Of a stretch of 64,000 nucleotides of DNA, positions 27,410 to 40,424 are shown one piece after another (position 1 is the first letter of the stretch; each line of letters opens with the position of its first letter). Position numbers and translations under genes: made by a program. The stretch comes from Phoronis australis (lineage: Eukaryota > Animalia > Phoronida). Under the pieces are notes generated by a model. The model saw nothing but the letters and a program-made list of their open reading frames with translations, was not told where the DNA came from and searched no databases. The stretch spans positions 16,570 through 80,569 of the forward strand of contig NMRA01000021.1 of assembly GCA_002633005.1 (NCBI GenBank). The letters are read 5' to 3'.

Positions 27410-28371
27410 CCGTAAATCATAATTTAGTTGCACCATGAATATTCTTATACAATGTACGTATCCATACTTCGAAGTTGCGGCTCAACAGAAATGAAAACGC
27501 AAGAGACAAAAGTTTATAGTGGGTGTACAGGTATGTCTGCTTTTTCTTATTTATACTTAAGTGAAGGAAATGAAACTAAACTTTAGCACCAAAGGCGTTC
27601 ACAAATTTCTCTGTCTTAGTATCAAAAAACTTTTTGATCTGTAGTTAGAGCAGCCAGGACTGGGAATTCTGACATGTCTGACATAGTCATAGCGCCACCA
27701 TGTGGATTAGGTTCTAAAAGTACCCATTGCAACAAATTCCCTGGTGGAGCAGGAGTACTTTCCAACAAATGATGACCTAACAAAACCGGCAAAACATGTT
27801 CACAAGAAGTCAGCCCCGATGAGAGAAAGTTGATAAAAATCATAAGAAAAGTGGACTGCAGCCGTGTGACTAGGAAAATTCAAATTAAAAAAAAAAACAG
27901 CCAAATAAGAAAACGAACATGCTTTTACAAGTTGCAAATAAAAGTCACCATACTACCATTATGTAATTGAAATTCCTTATAAATGCATTAGTGTTAAATC
28001 AATGAAAAGACAGTTCTGATAGTTGGGAAGGTAATAGCATTTCCCTAAGGGGTCCCTTAAACAAAGTGTACTATTCGGTTTACTTCATTCCTTGCACCAT
28101 TTCCGCAACATTTGGAAAATTAGGTTTTCAACAATGTCATTGTAGTTTGGACATCGGGGCCTAAAGTAATACCTACAATTATTGCCTGATGTAATCAATA
28201 GGTCACACTACCAGTGTTCATCAGGAAAAACTGAGTTCGTACAAGGGGATTTGCAGTTTAGAAGAACAACTCCAATTGCATTGATAGGAAACTGGTGCTG
28301 TTGATGCTTGAAAGTGAGGTATTACCTGCCTAATGTTAAGTTTTTAAATTTGAGAAAAAATATTGACATAC

Positions 28372-28407
28372 CTCCACCTTCTCCACTTCCAGTAGGCTTA
28401 GTAGTGT
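28372..28407 (-). CDS. 36-nt micro-exon 3 (DTTKPTGSGEGG)
   Basis: TTTGCAG|...GGAG|GTATGT, phase 1-1. Confidence 0.7.
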
Positions 28408-28604
28408 CTGCAAATTATAATTAAGTTTTATATAAAGTATTCATATCTTTAAAAAGCAAAATTTGGTGCACAACGAATGTGCCACTAGATGGCGCGAAAT
28501 AAGCCGAATTCATGTGAAAATAGCAACATGTCATTGTTTCTTTAATGGACAGCTATTGTCAGCCTAATATTAAGTTTCTAAATTTGAGAAAAATATTGAC
28601 GTAC

Positions 28605-28640
28605 CTCCACCTTCTCCACTTCCAGTTGGCTTAATAGTTT
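28605..28640 (-). CDS. 36-nt micro-exon 2 (ETIKPTGSGEGG)
   Basis: TTTGCAG|...GGAG|GTACGT, phase 1-1; 233 bp from micro-exon 3 in a local tandem duplication. Confidence 0.7.
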
Positions 28641-28837
28641 CTGCAAATTATAATTAAGTTTTATGATGTTTAGTATTCATGTTTGTAAGCAGAAGTTGGT
28701 GCATGAGAAATGCGCCCATGAATGCACCGCAAGCGGTATGCTTCGAGGAATGTTTATTTCTATTCCAAAATGACCACTAGATGGCACGAAATATGCTGAA
28801 TCCATCTGAAAATAGCAACACGTCATTGCATCTTTAA

Positions 28838-29605
28838 AGTGTATACAACATGAATCTAGTACCCCAAAATAAATTTTATTATTATATCTTACTTGATTTC
28901 AGTGCCTTTAGTGCACAGCTCATAAAGAAACACACAAAAATTGAAAAAATAATAATTATGTACAACGTCATGGGTTGAACCCAAGTCGTTCGCTATACTG
29001 TTCGGATCAGAGACAAAGTGCATATAGTGAAGAATAAGCAAAGCACATTTAGCGTCGAAAAGGTTTGTAGAGGGATCAAAAGATGTGTTTCCAGAGGCTG
29101 CAGCAACAGCAGCCACGCGGAGAACGTCTCGGTGTTCCGAAGGACCCCAAAGTTGCGCAGAAGTGGCATCGCTTCGTGCGCCGAACGAGAGTGTGGGACG
29201 TCATCATGGACCAAGAGATTCGGTCCGGGGCCTGTCTGTGTTCTGTCCATTTTGAGGACTCTTGTTTCGACTCCAGTCACAGGAGACGTTACGATGAAGG
29301 CCTGGTTGATCAATAAAGGACAATATTTATTATTCAGAAACATCAGCTCTTAATTCAGGATCGTCTGTTGGATGAAGAGGTTGACTAGCCGAGCCCGCTT
29401 CTCTCGCGTGAGGATCCAGTTCGTAAGGCTCAAAGTAGAAAAGTACGAAGCCGGAAGCAAATTCAACCTGTTCTCGCTTTCGTGCAACACCATTTCCTCA
29501 TCCTGGCCACCGTTCCCGTAAGTTTCTTCATAGTATTCGTTCGATTCTTGCTCATAATTGTCGTCGCTTTCAAATTCCCTGCTCTCCGCCATTGTTCAAT
29601 GCTAG
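28838..29605. mobile_element. Truncated Kolobok (KolobokP-like) derivative
   Basis: Starts after TTAA with AG; convergent THAP (+) and acidic YFEP-containing ORF (-); right terminus not found. Confidence 0.55.
29081..29270 (+). pseudogene. Frameshifted THAP (C2CH) DNA-binding domain
   Basis: RCVSRGCSNSSHAENVSVF / PKDPKVAQKWHRFVRRTR..CLCSVHFEDSCF over two frames. Confidence 0.85.
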
Positions 29606-29929
29606 TGTGAAAATTGGCAAAATTGAAAGAAAAATCAAAATGTCCAGCTAATTACACAAAATAAAATTCAAAATGTGCAAAAATCCATGGTGTGTACTGT
29701 TTAATGGAAAGCTATTTACCAAATTTCATAAAAATTTGCCAAGGAACGTCATAGAAAATTAGGAAAAGTGAAAAAATGAAAGTGCCACTAGGGGGCACAG
29801 CTTTCGTCGGGTCTATCCTGAAGTCGCCTTTCAATGCCAATGTCACATAAATACACTTGTAAAATTTAACAAAGATTTTGCAATGGGTTTAGGAGATACA
29901 CCTATGGAAGGAAAAATGCCTAGGAGGGG

Positions 29930-30012
29930 GTCGTACTGAAATCCCCTCGACCCACAATCCCTTTGACCCACAACACCCTCGATTCAGGATTCAGGATCCC
30001 CTCGACCCACGA
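29930..30012. repeat. Short tandem array, about 18-bp unit ATCCCCTCGACCCAC
   Basis: About 4 degenerate units visible. Confidence 0.7.
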
Positions 30013-30276
30013 CCTGTGGCAATAGAGATACCTGAGCCCTTTTTACATATTTCACAACCTTATTATGTCACCGTCACTGTCTACTATTTTGCCTGATGAT
30101 GATTACTTTTTTTTCAAACATCATTTTCAAGCTGCACAATAGTGTCATTTCTGTTTTCCCAGCATTTTGTACTTCTCATTTGGCCAAACACTAATATTAT
30201 TCTCGTCAATGCGCCGGAAGAACTACCTGCTATTAAGATTCTGTTCTCAGTGATTTAGAGAAATAATGTTTGATAC

Positions 30277-30312
30277 CTCCACATTTTCCATTTTCAGTTG
30301 GCTTACTGATAT
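30277..30312 (-). CDS. 36-nt micro-exon 1 (DISKPTENGKCG)
   Basis: TTTTCAG|...GGAG|GTATCA, phase 1-1; lies in an about 730-bp block (30150-30860) duplicated at 27220-27950. Confidence 0.6.
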
Positions 30313-32300
30313 CTGAAAATCATAATTTAGTTGTACAATGAATATTTTTACATAAACCTATTTAAAAGTCAAAGTTGAGACTCAAGACAACTGGAAATGC
30401 AAGTAAGGAACTTTTACTATATGTCACAAAAATAACAAGAATGGTTTTCTTTCTGCTTTTTTAATACTAAATTGAAAGACATGAAATTAAAATTCAATGC
30501 CAAAAGCGTTCAAAATTCTTTTGTCTTAATACCAAAACAAACTCTTCATCATTTGTTATAGCTGCTGGGACTAGGAGTCCTGACTTGTTTGACATAGTCA
30601 TCGTGCCACCATGTGGACTAGTTTCTCAAAGTACACTTTGTATCCAATTGCATGGCTCAGAGCAGAAGCAGTTGCCAATAAATGACGATCTAACAAAACC
30701 TTTGAAACATGATCAGAAAGAATTTCTACACAGCACCCCACTGTGAGACAAATTTGGATTAACTACAAGAAAAGTGGATTGTAACCGTGTAGCCATGTGG
30801 CTAACGAATAAATTAATTAAAATAAAAAAGAGGCAAATAAGAAACAAGAACAACGCTAAGCGTTGAAATGTCCCCACGAATGCACTGCTAATGATGTTCT
30901 TCTTGGGGTGTTTATTTGGAACATAAAAATGGCCACTAGATGGTGCAAAATATGTCGAATCCTTTCGAGAACTTGTATCTGTCATCAAAGCAATTTAGAA
31001 AATTTCATAAAAATCCATCAAGGAACTTCTGAGAAAACAGTCGAAAATGAAAAAATGAAATTGCCACTAAGAGGCTATTTAAGCACAAAAACATAACTGC
31101 CTCTAAAAGGCGCCAAAGTATATAAAGTCTTCAGAAAATCATTGTCTGACTTCGTCTTCCCAATAGAACGCAAATGCCAATATCCACATCCATCCTTAGA
31201 CTGGTCTGATTGACAGAGGGACAGATGCCAAATAACAAGACTCGAAAACAGCAAAAAATGGCCACAAGGTGGCACAAAATGTTCTACTGAAGACCGAATG
31301 ATAGCGTCAACTCATTAATAGATGCCTAACTGCCAAATCTCATGAAAATCCATTGACGACCCTTTTGGATTCAGAGGTTTAAAGGAGAACGCCACCCAAA
31401 TAACAACCTAATTTTAATCAATTTAGATCGAATAGTTCTACTCCATAACGACACGTACGGTTGCGTTACCTGACACCTGACGGCAGACGGAGGTGTTGAA
31501 ATTATCCAATGACGTCATCGGTTTCACACGCAGTCTCTTCAGCAGTTCACAACACGGGTTACTGGTGTCAGCTTATCGCTTGAAGTCATCGTTTAACACC
31601 AATAAATCATCAAACTTCGATGTAAAACCCTTAAAAATACAACGAGTTCTTATAAAAACGTGTTGTTTTATTTCGCTCTTACGGATTTATTGGTATTTGG
31701 ACACACTGTAGCCTACAAAGTTCGGCAGGCCAATAATTCCGTAGCAGGAGTTTGAAGTCTGTTAGGAGATAATTTCGAAATATTTTCCGTGAGATACAGA
31801 CATGAGAACCCAGATCTGTGTTGTTTAGACTTGTGATTTTTTGAGTTCTTAACACAAAACGCTTGTTATCCTGGCCAGTGGCTCGGAGCCCGATAGGCAC
31901 GTCGAGGCCGGCCGGATTGACTCGTTATCCCGAACGGGCCAGTGGCTCAGAAACTGATCAGACATCACGAACAATAACCAGACAAAGTTCAGTGGAAACT
32001 AAACTTCCAGTCAAGAAAATACTATACTCAGTAAGCCAAAGTAATGTACACGTGATTATGTTGGTGAATTACCACGAAACTGCAAATCTACTTACTCGTC
32101 GGGGGCCGCGAATTCAGGTTCCGCTTTGGCCACAGCACCGTCAGGGCAGAAGTTGTGCATTGGCAATCATTATTTGAGTAATCTAAATGTAAATAAAGAT
32201 TTCCCTAACACCTAGCTGTGGGATGGAAATCGAGTTGTTTCACAACAGTTTCTGTCAGCAAACACTAGCTGAGCTCACGCGGCCTCGGTGTCCCGTCAAT

Positions 32301-35300
32301 GGGGCTATTCGGAGAATTCTCCTCGCGGTGTCGCTGCTGCACTAGTGGTGATTGAATTGCGCATGCGTGGCTGTCTGCATGTAAACAACTGGTAAAAGAT
32401 GGAATTTTTATCAAAATACGTCATCGCACTACTGCTAATTTCCTTGGTGCAAGTCTTCGACAGGTGGCCACAAATTCCCAAAAGACCTAAGGTTACTATA
32501 TTCGTGGACAATTGCGGTCAACAGGGTCAACTAACTGACAAAAAGTGTGTGGATGCTGAAGCCCCGTGTGTGCTCTATGACTATGCAGTTCCATTCGGAG
32601 ACTACACAACATTTGTCATTACTTGGTAAGTTTTTAGCAGTCAGTTTCTATCAACATCGTTCGGTGATGTTATCCCCACCAGTTACCCCACTGAATAAGT
32701 TTTATTGAGTGGAACTTAAGTGTTTCTTTTTGGAAACTCACCCGATGCCGGGTAGGCTAGCAGCACATATATTGTCCTGGGTGGGGGTGCTCCCGAAATA
32801 AGAGTTGATGCACAGAAGTCAAGAGTGACTTTTTCACAACAGTTTCTCTTCAATACTATGCTGTTTCCAATAAAATTCTCTAGATGAGTGAGTTTCCTTA
32901 TTTTATCGTGGACCCCACCCTCAGGACCAGCAGCTCAGTTATCAAATTAACATGGATAAGCCTTAATTCAGTAAATGTCGTAACATTGGAAAAAAATTGA
33001 CTACTAGAATGAATTTTACTTGTTGAGATCAGAAGCACATTTTAAGTGTCATGTAAAAAACACATTGTTAAATCACTTTTAGCCTGTTTCACATATTTTA
33101 ATTCAGATATTAAATAAGACTTGGGTACAAAGGTTATTAGTTTCTACACATAAACATGAAGATGAAATGTCAAGTATGTTCTGCCTTACAAAAGTAGTTT
33201 TGTCTTGTCTTTTCTTTTACAGTTTGCTAATATTTCTATTCTGTTACAGGCAAAAAACAACTGAAACCAACCGCCTGACCATTTATTTCACCGTTGGACA
33301 AAGTGAAAAGCAATCCTTCAGCAATAACCTGAAAGAATTGAACGTAATTCAGAAATTCAGGAACTGATATGCCTGATTATGGACTCCCTCGCAATGTTGT
33401 TTCTTTCTGTGCTTTTTCAGTTTGCCATTTGTTTTTAAATACACTTATAATTGTTTATTCTCGAATCTTGTGCATAGCAGATTCTTATCCAGCTATAGCT
33501 ACAATTGAAAACATGCAATAAGACAAACGATGCAGTCACTGAATGTCATTTCCCAATAATCTGTACCAAATTGAAAAGTTTTTACCAATAGTATAAAGTC
33601 TTTCTTCTGAAAGGAAAATTTAATGTCACTCAGCTTTTGGCTTTCATTTCACTGGGTTCTATTTTCAATTGGCCTATAGAAGCGCTTCTAAAAAGGTCCA
33701 GTTTCAACACGTGGCTTTCTTTCATGTAACCTCATTCAGCCTCAATAACATCCACACTTAGACCCTTGAAAGTAAACACAGCAGCATATCACTTGAATCG
33801 TTTTGAGCCCAAAATCAGACTCTGAACTAGACCAGAGTGTTACTAGGTCTTCTTTAGCTTCAGTCCCTCATGTTTCTTCCAGGAAAGAAAATAAGCTATT
33901 GTCCACACATGACTCATTGCCTATGATAGGGCATCCTCACCAACAAGGCTTATTTGTGTAGCAGTCAGATATAGTTCATCTGGATACACAGACACTCCAC
34001 TGGCACATTGTCTAATGGTAACTTAGTACTGCGATTCACATTTCTCCAGGGCCACTGACTTGCACATTGTGCCATGCAGCACTGCTGGTGTGTGGAAGTG
34101 CTGTGGGAAGAGAACGGAGTAACAAAGCTTGTCTATGATACAGCTTGAAGTGGCCTTAAAATGTCACTGAACCTGGAACAAATATTGAAATATGAATAAT
34201 TAAGTACTCCAGATTGGATCAAAAAGGTTATCCCTGTTTTTCAAAAATATATGGTGATTGGTCTACAGTTTCACATAAAAGTAAATAATTACTATTTTCA
34301 GAAACCAACGGTGTAAATAATGAGTATTGCATAAAACTGTCTTTATTTTTTATCCCTAGCCATAACAATTCTTTAAATGCATCACTTGTCTGTAAAATAT
34401 ACAAGTTTTTTAAGACAACTTCAAACCTTTGTTACCCATTTTCAAACCTTTTTAATTTTGATACTTTCAGCAATTTTAAACTCAGATTACAGGTTCATGG
34501 GTCTGTCAAGCATACTTCTATCCTAAGGTTGAGGGAACCGTTTTCCTTCGAATAGAAGATATGAAGACTCGGGTCATTTAAACATGATGGATAATCTTAC
34601 TGTTGTTTAAGAGTAATTGCAAATCGTAAGGCACCATCAAAAGTGCAATGTTCACAAAAATGGCAGTCATTTGAATTTATAACGACTTGCAACATTTCAA
34701 AGCATGAGTTAAGACTATTCAGTTACTGTGAATTCGGAAAATGTAATATATTTTCGTGGTTTTACAATTGATACAAGTAGCAAAACAGTTTAATGAAATC
34801 AACTTGAAGGGACTTCGTGAAGGTTATGAATTACCTCACCATTCGCTTTTCCCCAAACATGTATTACCTGTTATTTCCACACATTCAGTTGTACCAAATA
34901 TCACAACTCCCCATGCCAATCCGCCCTCGGGACGTTAATAAGTAATTTAACAAAATGACTTTAAAAATAGCTGTTCCTTTTCAAAGGCTTTGTTCGTTGT
35001 CTCCAATATTTAAAGTAGGCTTTGACAATAGATCTGCACTGGATGGGAAGATCTTGTTGGTTAGCTGCAGTCAAATGCTAAAAACCAATTTTTGTCCATT
35101 CAGGGACGGTGCAGAAGCGATGCATATCTCCTCTGCACGGTACAAGCCTTCAAACCTAAAAACCAATGGTTACGTGAAAACTGACATGATAGATTTCCAT
35201 TTCAACGTGTAATAGATTTCCAGAAGACATATGATAGTGGGAGTAAACAAATAGTCTAATGCAATGGACATTTATCACTCACATACCCTTTGCCATTGGG

Positions 35301-35788
35301 ATTGGATTGTAATCTTAACTCAAAGTTAACCTGTATCGAGTTGACAGCATAAATATTCAGCATTGACTGATGTAACTGTCACTGATAAACTTTTAGAAAT
35401 CATTCCAAACAATAATAATGCTTTGATGTACGAAAAGACCCGATTACTAGTTCAAGTATCGTATCAGATATCACAACATACAAAGATTAACCAGACTCTG
35501 GCTGGCGACTGACTGCCGCGAAGTCGACATCGGCGAGTGTCTCAGTTAACAGGCATCGGTAGAATAATCATGGAATAATCGTTAAAATGATCACAAACCT
35601 TACCTTTGTATGAGGTCGTGCTTACTTCCTCTCATAGAAGCACCCTTTTTATGCAATCTCAGGCTCAGTTGGCACGGCTGCAAGCCATTTCACCATGTAT
35701 TTAAAGGGCTCGCGAAATCGAGGCTGTTAATCTATCACCACTAGTACACGCATGCCCTCTAGTTATTGTAGATTTTCCGAATAGCCCC
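32301..35788 (+). mobile_element. ISL2EU-like (PIF/Harbinger-related) deletion derivative, copy 1
   Basis: TIR GGGGCTATTCGGA...TCCGAATAGCCCC, AT dinucleotide on both flanks, convergent THAP and SAP/YqaJ relics. Confidence 0.85.
32425..33290 (+). pseudogene. Spliced THAP relic of the ISL2EU-like transposase
   Basis: HYC*FPWCKSSTGGHKFPKDLRLLYSWTIAVNR..W..RVCS, GTAAGT donor at about 32626, next exon KKQLKPTA*P resembling the LK.xAVP motif. Confidence 0.7.
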
Positions 35789-38700
35789 ATTAGTTTTATT
35801 GCACGTAAAGCCGGTAACGCAGTGATTTATTCATTGCTGGCTTCTCAAATCATTTGCACTCAAGAACACTCCAAAGGCATTACAAATTGCATCTAATGAG
35901 ACAGACTTTGTTTCAGTTTCAGTATTGGTTAGGAGAGAATAATTCATTTTGAAACAGAACGCTCAGTAATAAAGACCAACATGGCAACTCGCAATCCCGA
36001 CATAGGACGCTGGTGGATCGTTAAGTTTTACAGGCTATCAATTCGAACAGGAATACAGTGATGAAGAAATAGTAGAGAAGCGCCGTGAAGAAGCTCAGAC
36101 AACGGAACGTATGGAGTTATCTGGTAAGCCGGCACTCGTCAGGCACTGTCGACGTCTTCAGGCCACAGACACGGAGATGTTTCATGGCCTCATACTTGCT
36201 ATTTCATTCTTGCCACTACCATGAGCCACTTCCTAAGCATTTCGGACTCCCAAGAAAGTAAAAAAATGATATATCCGCTTTCCTCGCAGCTGCTTAGTTC
36301 GGACAAGCGGGAACGATGCACCGCAACATAGCGGCATTCACTCTGCATGTGAACCATTGACGTCGCTAGTGTCGTTTCTCACCTTCCTCACAGGTTAACG
36401 CGACACCTCTTGGCAAGGTAAGGTCGACCGTATGCGAGGCTATGTGGATATAGACCGATTAAGACGGCAAAAATGACTATTTAAATGGGGTGGCATTCTC
36501 CTTTAAGGGGCACACCAGTAGCATGATCTGCCCCAAAGTCGTCATCCTCTCTTTTCAACTCTATAAAAAGACATCAGCAAAATTCAATAAAGATCCTGCA
36601 GAGCATGTAAAAGATACAGCCATGGGCGATAAAACAAACAAAACTGCCACTAGGAAATGCCATAGTATTCCAAGCCATCGGAAAATCATCTTTAGCTGCC
36701 TTCTTCACACTAAGAACATATATGCCAATTTTCAAAATTATCCCTAGAGCGGTTTGGTTGAGAGAACGGTGGACGCCAAAACACAGGCTCAAAAAACAGT
36801 AAAAATGGCCACTAGGTGGTGCAAAGTACAACTGAATCTGTCCGAAAAAGTGAGGATGGCATCGTCTCACTAATAGATGTCTAACTACCAAATTTTATGA
36901 AAATCCGTTGAGGACCTTCAAATCTACAGAGGTAGCCATAAAATATTAAAATTGCCAATAGGGGGCATACCAGTAGCCGGAGAGGACCGAAATTCATCAT
37001 CCGTCGTCACCTTCATCAGAACACATCCTGCCAAATCTCATCAAGATCCTGTGAAGGGTTTCGGAGATACAGCCCTGGGCGAAAAAGCAAACAAAGTATT
37101 CCAAGTCATCGGAAAATCATCGACAGCTCCGCTGAACACAGTAAGAACATATAAGTCAATTTTCAAAATCATCCCTAGAGCGGCTTGATTGAGAGAACGG
37201 CAGACTCCAAAAAACAGACTCGAAAACAGTAAAAAAATGTCCACTAGGTGGCGCAAAGTACCTCAAATCCCTTTGAAAATGGGAGGATGGCCTATATCAT
37301 CTTACTAATAGATGACTAACTCATAAATTTTATGAAAATCTGTTGAGGACATCTGAATATACAGAGATAAGCATAAACAAAATAAAAGTGCCACTATGGG
37401 GCACACCGGTAGTCAGAGATGTCCGAAATTCGTCATCTTGGGTGTCAGCTTCATAGAAACACATCTGCTAAATCTCATCAATGTCCTGTGAGGGTTTAGG
37501 AGATACAGCTGCGGAAGCCGGACGACAGACGCCGAATGCCCAGACAGAGATGAGGGCAGTATGCCACCACATATAAATTTGTTTATTTATTTATTTATTA
37601 TTTATTATTGTGATATTTAAAATGCATTAGAGTTAAAAACCACATACAGAAACACAACGTCCTTTCGAACTAAGGACCCTTCTGTACGTAGGACGTCAAT
37701 GCACAGTCTATTCTGTTTTCCGTATTCGTTGCACCATATTCTCAACATTTGGAACAAGAGCAACCTGGAGCGTTGAAATGCGCCTATGAATGCACAGCAA
37801 ACGGTGTTTCTCTAGGGTTGTTTATATGGAACATAAAAATAGTCACTAGATGCCGAAAAACATGTCGAACCCATTCAAAAACCATCAAAGCTATCTAAAT
37901 TTCATGAAATCCGCCAAGAAACTTCTGAGAAACCGAGGAAAACGAGAAAGGAACCTGTCACTAAAGAGGATATAGGCGCAAAAAACAACAGTCATTAAGA
38001 GGCACCACAGTGAAGAAAATTGGACGACATCGTCACCTCACTAATATTCAGTGTATACCTATGTGCCAAATCTTATGAAAATCCATTGACGAACTTTGAA
38101 GGTAAACGTAAAAAAATAAAATTTAACACTAAGGGGCACACCAAAATCAGAGAGGTCCGAAATTCGTCGTCTGACGCCATCTTCATAGAAACGCATCTGT
38201 TAAATCTCATCAAGATGCTGTGAGGGTTTAGGAGATGTTGCCATGAGCGCAAAAACAAATGAAACTGCCACCAAGAGGTGCCACATACTCGAAGTTCTCA
38301 GAAAATTATCGTCAGATGCATTTGTAAAAACATATATGTCAATTTTCAAAATCATCACTGGAGCGATTTGGTTGATAGAAGAGCGGACGCGAAAAACAGA
38401 CTTGAAAACATCAAAATAGGCCACTAGGTGGTGCGAAGTACCTCAAATTTCTCCGAAAATGGACAGATGTCATCATCTTATGAATATATTCCAATCAAAT
38501 GTAAGGAAAATCCTTTGAGGACCTCCGAAAATACAGACTTTTCTGAGATAAGTGTAAAAAACTAGAGTTTCCGAAATTCGGCGTCGTCTTTCGCCATCTT
38601 CAAAGAAACACATCTGCTAAATCTAATCAAGATCCTGTGATTGGTTTAGGAGATGCTGTCATGGGTGCAAAAAACAAGAGGTGCCACAGTAGTCAAAGTT

Positions 38701-39370
38701 GTCGGAAAATCGTCCTCAGCTGTCCTCTTCACTGTAAAAACATATACCGGTACGTCATTTTTCAAAATCATCCCTAAAGCAGTTTGGTTGAAAGAAGGGC
38801 GGACTCCAAAATAGACTCGAAAACATTAAAAATTGGTGCTGCAAAATACCTCAAATCTGTCCCAGAACAGACTGATGGCATCATCTCATTAAGACTTTAC
38901 CTAACTGCCAAATTTCATGAAAATCCGTTGAGGACCTCCGAAGATAGGGAGATAAGCGTAAAGATTTAAATTTGCCACTAGGGGGCACACCGGTATTGGG
39001 AGAGATATGAAATTTGTCGTCAGTTGTCAGCTTTATAGGAATACATCTGCCAAATTTCATCACGATCCTGCGAGGATTTAGGATATACAGCTGCGGACGC
39101 CGGACGCCCAGACAGAGAAGACGGCAAATGCGAACACATGTAAATATGTTGGCGCATAAAAATTTTTCAAATTGTCAAAATAGTTGGAACAGTCCTAAAG
39201 CAATGTCGTACAACTGATGCCTGGTGTTATCAATAGAAGTGATCACAGGACAGTACCGGTTCATCAGTGATTTTTCAAAACTGTCGTATCTTATTGATAA
39301 GTTGAAGACGTTAGTGTAGAATTTTAGAACTGTAGGTGAAGGCAATTTTTGCATGTACGTACGGCAATCA

Positions 39371-39456
39371 TGGACTGGGCGCTTATTTTAGCAAAGACTG
39401 CAAATGCTTGGGGGTGGTTACAGGGGCATGGGCTCTTATTACAGCGAATACGGTAA
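39371..39456. mobile_element. Terminus of a Tc1/pogo-like element
   Basis: GGGCTCTTATTACAGCGAATACGG|TA is the inverse of the terminus at 43197. Confidence 0.5.
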
Positions 39457-40381
39457 AACAAAATGTTAATTTAATGAACTATTTTTTTGTTGGTACCTTG
39501 TGTTTGTAAAAAATGCTTAGCCTTCGGTAAAATCAAGATGCAAAAATATCCATACAAAAAGTTCCTAAGGTAATCTAGAGCATAATAACAAGACCTAAAG
39601 GAAGGCATGTCAAGTTGCTTTTGCGCTGGAATCGACATTTTGTTTCTGCTCTGACCTGCCAGGCTGTGTTTTGTGTTGAAAAAGCTGATAGTAGGCATTT
39701 TTAAGCGGTAGGAACCTACAGTGTACCGCCTACTTTACAGAGCACTTTTTCACATCCTCACTGTAGTAGTCATTCGTTTTGTTTTTGAGTGCATTGAGTC
39801 ATTGGGTGGCTTGTATGAAATGATTTCATAGCAATCATTGTCTCATCTTTCATATTTTTGATCTTTTTAAGAATCGGGCTTTTCTTTTTTCTGCTGAGCC
39901 TCGAGGAAAGTAAACCGGCGTTTAGACAGAATAGAGGAAACTGTTGGAGACATTGGGAAGAACAGAGGGATGCAACTGGAAGAAGAATAAATATCTGCTG
40001 GAATATTCTCTGAAACTCAAAAATGCCACTGTGGATCAAAAAATTCATAAATGTACCTGCGTGTACTATGATAACACATCACCATTACTACGTATTTACA
40101 TGGGCATGGGTCAGAAACATCAACAACATGGCCCAGAAAATACGTTTGCACAAGCTGAGGGTGAGCTCTAATTTAAAAAAAATGATTGAAATGCATTCTC
40201 ATTACAGTGATGATTGGTAATGTTTGAAATTTTATTTCACATTTGATATTTTGAGAGCCACATCTGCTTATTTAAGTTTTGAGTTAGTATTCTATTTAAC
40301 GCATAACAACCATTTCCCTGATAACTAACAGCTGTCAAATACAAAATGATTATCACTTTCATTCCCTTCTATGTTGCTTAC

Positions 40382-40424
40382 CTTCTTCAAATGGAAGTGA
40401 AGATTTTGAGGGTTGTTTCATAAT
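40382..40424 (-). CDS. Candidate 43-nt exon (IMKQPSKSSLPFEE), phase 0 to 1
   Basis: TTAAAG acceptor and strong AG|GTAAGC donor; ends in the phase needed to join the micro-exons. Confidence 0.35.

Larger units (their letters stand above)
31383..36502. mobile_element. Kolobok (KolobokP-like) non-autonomous element with nested ISL2EU-like insertion
   Basis: TTAA|AGGAGAACGCCACCC...GGGTGGCATTCTCCT|TTAA; GYQFEQEYSDEE remnant (+, about 36030) converging on THAP remnant MLRCIVPACPN..DISFFYF..LRKWL (-, about 36220-36330). Confidence 0.85.
30860..39130. repeat. Tandem-repeat-rich non-autonomous element(s), Helitron/Helentron-like, split by the Kolobok insertion
   Basis: Recurrent GCCACTAG(G/A)(T/G)GGC, AAATTTCATGAAAATCC and GGGTTTAGGAGATAC motifs at 30.9-31.4 kb and 36.5-39.1 kb, with GGACG/CAGAC-rich ends; family assignment is by resemblance only. 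Confidence 0.55.

Noticed and set aside
32399-32629. ORF MEFLSKYVIALLLISLVQV.. looking like a captured secreted or Ig-like gene inside the transposon
   Set aside because: The overlapping frame is a recognisable decayed THAP domain, and the hydrophobic start is disrupted in copy 2, so it is a shadow ORF
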